Notes under the pieces: generated by a model
What the model was told of the DNA's origin: nothing
What the model saw: the letters and a program-made list of their open reading frames with translations, nothing else
The model's database searches: none
Position numbers and translations under genes: made by a program
Shown: one piece after another, positions 63,095-64,000 of the stretch
Position numbering within the stretch: position 1 is the stretch's first letter
Layout: the number at the start of each line of letters is the position of its first letter
From: an uncultured Prevotellaceae bacterium
GTDB lineage: Bacteria; Bacteroidota; Bacteroidia; Bacteroidales; Bacteroidaceae
Direction of reading: 5' to 3'
Length of the DNA: 64,000 bases
Assembly: GCA_947176535.1 (NCBI GenBank)
Contig: CAMWQU010000007.1
Span: 9,909-73,908 of the forward strand

Positions 63095-63898
63095 CTATTT
63101 TAGCTCAAAAAGGCCCGTCGGAGTCTGTCGGTTGAGTATGGTCAGTTGGAAATCGGTGCCGGCAATGATTCCGTAACTGCGTAAAACGGTTTCAATGGTT
63201 TTCCGGGCCAATTCGGGGTGATTGTTCTCTTCGCTCAGATGGCAGAGCCACACATGGCGGAGCCGGGGCGAGGCATACGTAGTGAGCGCGTCGGCGCACT
63301 GACGGTTCGAGAGGTGGCCGCGGTTGCTGCGGATGCGTCCTTTCAGATAGTTGGGGTATGGCCCCTGTTGGAGCATCTCCTCATCATGGTTGGCTTCGAG
63401 TACCAAGTAATCGGCCTCACCGATGGCCTCGGCAACGGAGGGGGTCACTTCGCCCACATCCGTGGCCAAACAGAGCGTGGTTTCGCCTTGCCTGATTTTG
63501 TAACCGACGCAGTCGCTGCTGTCGTGAGAGACTTCGAAAGGGGTAATCTGCAAATCGCCGAGCAGGGTCGTTTCTCCTTTGTAGAGATAGCGCCGGCTGG
63601 CTTCCGTGACTTTGGATGTGGTGCAGTAGTTGTTGTTGATGCCGATGTGTATCTTCTCCGTCGTGTAGATACACTTGCCCAGGTCATTGGCCAAGTTGCC
63701 CACCGCTTTGATGTGGTCGGCATGGTCGTGAGTGACAAAGACAGCATCTACAGCGTCTAAGGAGAATCCGTAGTTCCAAAGTCTTTTCTTCAGTGTACGG
63801 ACTGGGATTCCGGCGTCTATGAGAATACTACATTTTTCGGTCTTGAGGTAGTAACAGTTGCCACTGCTGCCACTCCCCAAGCAAAGGAATTCTATCAT
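63095..63898 (-). CDS. MBL-fold metallo-hydrolase
   Basis: 267 aa. The metal motif is VFVTHDHADH, with downstream His/Asp ligands. Confidence 0.85.
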   Translation of the reverse strand: MIEFLCLGSGSSGNCYYLKTEKCSILIDAGIPVRTLKKRLWNYGFSLDAVDAVFVTHDHADHIKAVGNLANDLGKCIYTTEKIHIGINNNYCTTSKVTEASRRYLYKGETTLLGDLQITPFEVSHDSSDCVGYKIRQGETTLCLATDVGEVTPSVAEAIGEADYLVLEANHDEEMLQQGPYPNYLKGRIRSNRGHLSNRQCADALTTYASPRLRHVWLCHLSEENNHPELARKTIETVLRSYGIIAGTDFQLTILNRQTPTGLFELK

Positions 63899-63918
63899 TA
63901 GGTTTATTATTTACCATG

Positions 63919-63926
63919 CAAAAATA
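63919..63926 (-). promoter_or_regulatory. -7 promoter box (TATTTTTG on the minus strand) for the MBL hydrolase gene
   Basis: It matches TAnnTTTG 20 nt upstream of the ATG at 63898. Confidence 0.5.
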
Positions 63927-63971
63927 CGAAATAAAGTGAAAAGTGGAAAGTGAAAACTGAAAAATTATATG

Positions 63972-63979
63972 TACCTTTG
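63972..63979 (+). promoter_or_regulatory. -7 promoter box (TACCTTTG) for a gene that starts at about 63993 and leaves the window
   Basis: It is a perfect TAnnTTTG 13 nt upstream of the ATGATG at 63993. Confidence 0.45.
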
Positions 63980-64000
63980 CCAAAAATAAAAAATGATGAC

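Overview
This is a 64-kb chromosomal segment from a Bacteroidota genome, order Bacteroidales and probably Prevotellaceae-like. The taxonomic call rests on a SusC/SusD pair, Bacteroides-type TAnnTTTG -7 boxes in front of most transcription units, and one protein ending in a T9SS-type sorting domain. By eye the sequence is GC-rich for this group; I did not compute GC content.

The gene content is mostly housekeeping and sugar catabolism:
- A FAS1-SusC-SusD locus, followed by ileS-dksA-like-lspA.
- GH30, rpiB-tkt and GH29.
- A small accessory cluster (outer-membrane barrel, secreted protein, HTH protein) and PrsW.
- An L-arabinose operon: galM, Na+ symporter, araD, araA, GH27-NPCBM, araB.
- folC-dnaJ-grpE, an acetyltransferase, an ABC-F ATPase, cdd and a LysM glucosaminidase.
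- tRNA-Pro, a MATE transporter, a DUF4491-like protein and GH35.
- glyA, pyrBI, PBP1A-kdsB-MORN-glgB and ispE.
- A TrmH methyltransferase, a BamA/TamA-like protein, an FGE-like protein, tRNA-Lys and an MBL hydrolase.

I found no CRISPR array, transposase, integrase, phage genes or recognisable defence or toxin system.

The structure that ordinary annotation does not explain is non-coding:
1. A dispersed GC-rich mosaic repeat family has the core CGTCCATAGCGGGA. Where the core is tandem it is phased at exactly 22 bp. There are three clear copies, one fragment inside the ara operon and one degenerate copy.
2. A second palindromic family is built from 22-bp TTATTC-N10 units, with two copies. One copy has perfect 36-bp arms directly after a stop codon.
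3. The ara operon has no Nudix-type araR. It carries an inserted GH27-NPCBM-CTD gene and a strong hairpin plus U-tract in the middle of the operon.
4. Two promoter-plus-terminator units have no ORF and are candidate small RNAs or leaders. A tRNA terminator also abuts the start codon of the MATE gene.

The many very long antisense ORFs are codon-aligned shadow ORFs and were rejected as genes.
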